DNA from: Fistulifera solaris
Taxonomy: Eukaryota
Direction: 5' to 3'
DNA length: 64,000 nt
Assembly: GCA_030295235.1 (NCBI GenBank)
Contig: AP026126.1
Span: 1,302,001 to 1,366,000 of the forward strand
Below the pieces are notes generated by a model. The model saw only the letters and a list, made by a program, of their open reading frames with translations, had not been told where the DNA came from and made no database searches. Positions 59,979 through 64,000 of this stretch are shown piece by piece; the stretch's first letter is position 1, and every line of letters begins with the position of its first letter. A program made the translations under genes and the position numbers.

Positions 59979-61643
59979 ATGGCCTCAAAAGATGACCAAA
60001 ACCAGCAGAGAGAGACCGGCGGCCTCGGAAGCCCGCTCGTCAAGCTTCCGGCCGCACCCGTCATTACAGGCGCTCGTCCGGTAGCAATGCAACAAAGCTT
60101 AGCGCCCCCATCATCTGCTAAATCAATTATTGATCATCCACTGGCAGATATTCCAGCGGGCACGGTCGTGTCTGTGCCTCCTAGTACTGCCCCGTCGCCT
60201 CGATCTTCTACGACACCGGCTGCTGCAGACATCTCACGCGCAGGGCTTGCATTGACGCAAAACTGACAACACCGCCCGTACAAACAATGGTTGCACCGTC
60301 GCATTACATTTCTATGAATCTGGATGAAATGGCGGATAGTCTTTTGTCGGTTGCTTCTCTTCGAACGGAGAAGGGATTGCAGCCGCTGTTGCAGCCAGCG
60401 CCTGTGCCAACGGATTTTTCCGATTTGGAACGCTTAAAGTTTTTTTGTGAAAAGGAGGTCATGGGGGGATGCGTGTCTTCTGGCGGAAAAGCTACTCAGG
60501 AGTCAGAGCAGTCATTACGCTCCCATTTACAATGCACTGATCACCAACTCGTTCGATCAGAAGCTGCCCATCTTAGATTCTCAGCAAGACGAAATGGTAC
60601 AGATCATGATGACTCAATGCGAGGCGTGGATTAAACTAAGTCGATACGCAGAATTAGGTCTAGAGGTTGAGCGTTGGTCGTTTTGTCATCACAACGACAA
60701 TACTGCCCCTTCGTGGATTCCATGGCGGCTTCACATCATGGCTGCGTCCAGTCTTCTTTATACGTCCGAAGATCCCAGCGGCATAGAGGCAATAGATGCA
60801 CTTTGGAAAATACATCAAGATATTCCAGCTGAAGATTTCCTTTCCCAACTTCAAGTCGAACATGCACTTTCAAATTCATTTATACGGTTAAAAGATTGGC
60901 GTATGGCACTTTCCTGTCAAGAACGAATGCTTGACCTACTTCCTAATGCGTGTCAACAACAAGCCCAACTATCCGCGGAAACGACGAATCCTTTGACAGA
61001 GAAAACTGCTGCTGCTTTTCAGGGCGCTTATCGATGCGAAATCCTTTCTCAGCAAGGGAGAATCTTTTTGCAATTAGGTGCCACACATGAGGCACGGCAA
61101 ATATTTGACATGGCAAGAGACGCGGCGACTCATGTCTCTGTTACTGAAGAGACCGTGCAATTAATGCGGCACTCTATTGTTCCGTTCATCCCCGCGCATA
61201 TCTCTCTCAATAATGGCTTGCTAAAATTCTCCGAAGGTCAATACAACGAGGCACTGGAATGCTTTCGTCACTGTGTCGACTTGATTAGCCAAAGGATTGA
61301 AATGAAGTCGGCGGTTGCGTCTCTCAACAGTTCCGAAGTAAAAGTCTTGATACCCATGCCCACAGGAGCAGCACCGGAAGAAGCGCTTTATAGTGAGGCA
61401 ATCAATAACATGTCTTTGTGTGCGCTATACACGTGCAACTTGCATGAAGCCATTCTATTGATGGAATCTTTGATTCGAGAAGACCCCACAAAATTTCTGA
61501 CCGAGCGAGTTTGCCTCAACCTTTGCATATTGTACGAGCTGAGTAATGAGACATCCATGGCTGCCAAGAAGAAAAAGGTTTTGCAAGTGATTGCGAAACG
61601 TTTCATGCTTCACGATATCGGGCCATCTAGCTACCGACTGTAG
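59979..61643 (+). CDS. TRAPPC12: TRAPPC12 (TTC15)-like TPR protein
   Basis: Pro-rich N-terminus, WIPWRLHIMAA, TPR helices, and C-terminal AINNMSLCALYTCNL.EAI..MESLI..DP..NLCILYEL. Frameshifts at about 60260 and 60445. Confidence 0.72.
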
Positions 61644-61744
61644 ATTCGCAATAAACTGCATAGTAGTATCGAAAGGGGAAAAGAATCATTATAATAGTCT
61701 GAACAATGTGTCTAACTTTACCACAAAAGTGATTCAACTGCTAC

Positions 61745-62582
61745 TTATTGCACGTGGCAAGCAGCCAACGCGAGATCCGCATCCGATGCACACATCTTCA
61801 TATTCGTTCCATGTGAAGGCATCACCGCATCACCATGATCCAACGCATGCTTTCGCTTTATCACCGCCTTCCACATATCCGCAGGATCCGGTCTCAGGGG
61901 ACCTCCTTTGTTACCCGGCTGGTCACAGGCATGCGTCCATTCAAATACCGGTGCAGCCTCGTGGTGGCCATAGCACACAATGCCTGGCATCACAATTCCA
62001 TTCGGGTACGAGCCAGCTTCGACTAAATCGCTCACTCCCGCTTCTTCAGGAGACATGATTTTCAAGTGTTCTAGGACAACATCGTCAATCAAGTAATTCG
62101 CTAATGCATTGGAGCTGTCTCCCACGACTTCCGAGAAACCGCACTCTTTCGTCAAGCCCCACTCTTCATCTGCTTTCTTAGCGCCAGCCTCACCTTCGCT
62201 CGTCCACCCAATCAACAAGCATTTTTCGTCTTCTTTTTGTTGTGCTTTGAGGAAGTTTCCCAAGCGTTGAAGATAGTATTTGTCGTACTTACACCAGGAA
62301 CCACGGAAGATGACTAAACAGAGAATATCCGGCTCTGTGGCTTTTTCAATTATCCACTATAATTAAAAGTGCGGGCGATAAAGGAATAAAGAGAGGTTTT
62401 AGACGATGTAATGAATTAAAATAATGCATCGGTAATTCTTCAGCCGTTCAACATTAAAATTAACTGTGCTCTTCGCAACGGGACACGAAGAATCTACCTC
62501 GCGTGCTTCGAAAAAAAACGGTGACGAAAGGCATGAAGTTCCTTACCTTTTCCGGGTCGGATACAAACGTAGCTTCAGACAT
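61745..62582 (-). CDS. Peroxiredoxin/AhpC-TSA-like thioredoxin-fold protein
   Basis: Exon 1 MSEATFVSDPEK, intron 62546-62357 (GTAAGG...TAG). Then LVIFRGSWCKYD, VVGDSSNALA, GIVMPG, GGPLRPDP. Confidence 0.6.
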
Positions 62583-63134
62583 GATTAAAGACGTGATTTA
62601 CGATGACAAAGCTCTTTCTTGTTGATTCAATTGTGATGATTGCGTTGCAATTGCACTGCAGGTGCCATCAACATCAAAAAAGTAGTGAGAGGCGGTGTTT
62701 GTGTTTGCGGGCTGTTGGTACCATGCAAAGGAGTACCAGTATACTCCTTTGTACCATGCTTCGATCATTACCAGCTACCGGTCCCTGGTACAGTACTAGC
62801 TAGTACTTGTACAAGTATTATCGCATCGATCATCGACCGCCGTGATGTCCGAGAGAAGGCCGCAAGCCGCAAAGGACTGTGGCTTGTGATGTACACTCTA
62901 TTTGATACAGGTGAGTTAGACGAAACGTATTACACGGATCCTAAATAGGAACGAAAGAATTTTAGCGATACGAAGTACCCGAACGCGACTAACCGTAGTC
63001 GGCCAGACGAGTGATGAAAAGAAATAATAATAATAACAAAAACACGTCAAATCCGAAAAGCGTCATGTCTCCTTGCATTCTATTCGAACTCAAAAGTCTT
63101 TAGTGAGCGTCTTTGATTATTTTTAATCTATAAA

Positions 63135-64000
63135 ATGAAAGCATATATGACATTTCAGCATGGCAGCCAGCCGCTGGGGATATTGTACATGGAATTGGAA
63201 CCGAAAGTCGTTCCCAAAACAGTGCGAAATTTTGAGACATTTCTTCGAAAGGGTTACAAAGGAACGAATGTGCACCGACTGATCAAAGGCTTTATGCTTC
63301 AAGCGGGTGATATCACAGCAGGCGATGGAACAGGAGGATATTCTATTTACGGGAAAACATTTGCGGATGAAAATTTTATTCTTCGACATGATCGCCCCGG
63401 GCGTTTGAGTATGGCGAATGCGGGGCCGAATACAAATGGAAGTCAGTTTTTTATTACGTTCAAACCGACTCCTCATTTAGACGGGAAACATGTTGTGTTC
63501 GGCAGCGTAGACTTGCAGAGAAGTGGGGCGTTGTTGAAAACTCTGGAGCAAATTAAAACGCTATCAAACGACAAACCAAAACAAGAGTTGACAATTGTCG
63601 ATTGTGGTATCCTAGAGGAGGCCTCCAACAGCGCAAAAACGACAGCGGTCGCTGAAGCTGCTGATGTTGATGCAGATGAAATCGACTTGGAAGAAGAAGA
63701 GGATGTTGAGACTGGAAACGATGTTGTAGAGGAAGTTGTTGAACCGGAGGAGGAGGAGGAGGAGGAGGACTCGAAACCGTTAAGTAAATCAGAAGCGTTG
63801 AAGAGGCGATTAAGGAAGCTCAAACAAAAGGTCAACCAAGCGAGACAACTTAATAAACAGGCAGTGAAAGACGAAGGAGAACGGTCGACTGACGAGGGCA
63901 GTGCGTCTGCTCGGAAGAAATTAGCGGCTTCGAATAAAGAGGGCAAGAATTTCATCTGGGCACAACAGAATGCTAAGGCTTTGTCCATTGCCAACGAATC
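63135..64000 (+). CDS. Cyclophilin PPIase with acidic linker and SYF2-like coiled coil (runs off the window)
   Basis: Open frame from ATG 63135 to the edge, absent from the ORF track because no stop is reached. Motifs: [64 protein letters not shown], then [23 protein letters not shown]. Confidence 0.92.
   Translation, partial: MKAYMTFQHGSQPLGILYMELEPKVVPKTVRNFETFLRKGYKGTNVHRLIKGFMLQAGDITAGDGTGGYSIYGKTFADENFILRHDRPGRLSMANAGPNTNGSQFFITFKPTPHLDGKHVVFGSVDLQRSGALLKTLEQIKTLSNDKPKQELTIVDCGILEEASNSAKTTAVAEAADVDADEIDLEEEEDVETGNDVVEEVVEPEEEEEEEDSKPLSKSEALKRRLRKLKQKVNQARQLNKQAVKDEGERSTDEGSASARKKLAASNKEGKNFIWAQQNAKALSIANE

Noticed and set aside
344..61643. Frameshifts in many genes read as mass pseudogenisation or programmed frameshifting
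   Set aside because: They are mostly single-base losses, often in short homopolymers, affect conserved genes such as Nup155, coronin and LPAAT as well as the young transposon, and come without nonsense substitutions. This is typical of unpolished long-read error. Only 58690-59550 has independent signs of decay.
63123..63994. Minus-strand ORFs 63123-63476 and 63473-63994, and similar antisense ORFs elsewhere (e.g. 6207-6671)
   Set aside because: They are shadows of well-supported genes on the opposite strand (cyclophilin, LPAAT).

Overview
Gene-dense eukaryotic nuclear DNA, most consistent with a diatom or other photosynthetic stramenopile. The evidence is short GT-AG introns, several signal-peptide plus 'A/G-F' bipartite plastid presequences, a Hik2/CSK-type sensor kinase and a CoDi-like copia element. 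I count about 25 protein genes: coronin, plastid LPAAT, folate-biopterin transporter, Nup155, a cysteine-desulfurase-like/TtcA fusion, SulP, MCTS1, AlkB-like, CSK, DHHC-type PAT, two-pore channel, DEAD-box helicase, TFIIB-like, DUF1517/FLAP1, spermidine synthase, an alpha/beta hydrolase, TRAPPC12-like, a peroxiredoxin-like protein, a cyclophilin and several unknowns. There is also one tRNA-Gln, a complete young Ty1/copia LTR retrotransposon with a 5-bp TSD, a 5'-truncated CRE-like non-LTR fragment, a nested composite satellite of about 3.3 kb and a 35-bp minisatellite with a central hairpin. Many genes, including conserved housekeeping ones, carry 1-bp frameshifts, most likely uncorrected long-read errors, so gene ends are approximate. 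The top observation is that the copia element has no tRNA-type primer-binding site. Instead, the 15 nt at its PBS position are the exact reverse complement of the sequence at the predicted transcription start inside its own LTR, which is a Tf1-like self-priming architecture. The element also has several internal copies of its PPT. The second observation is the single-gene PLP desulfurase-like plus TtcA fusion, which suggests self-contained tRNA thiolation in a eukaryote. All family calls come from motif recognition; no database search was run.
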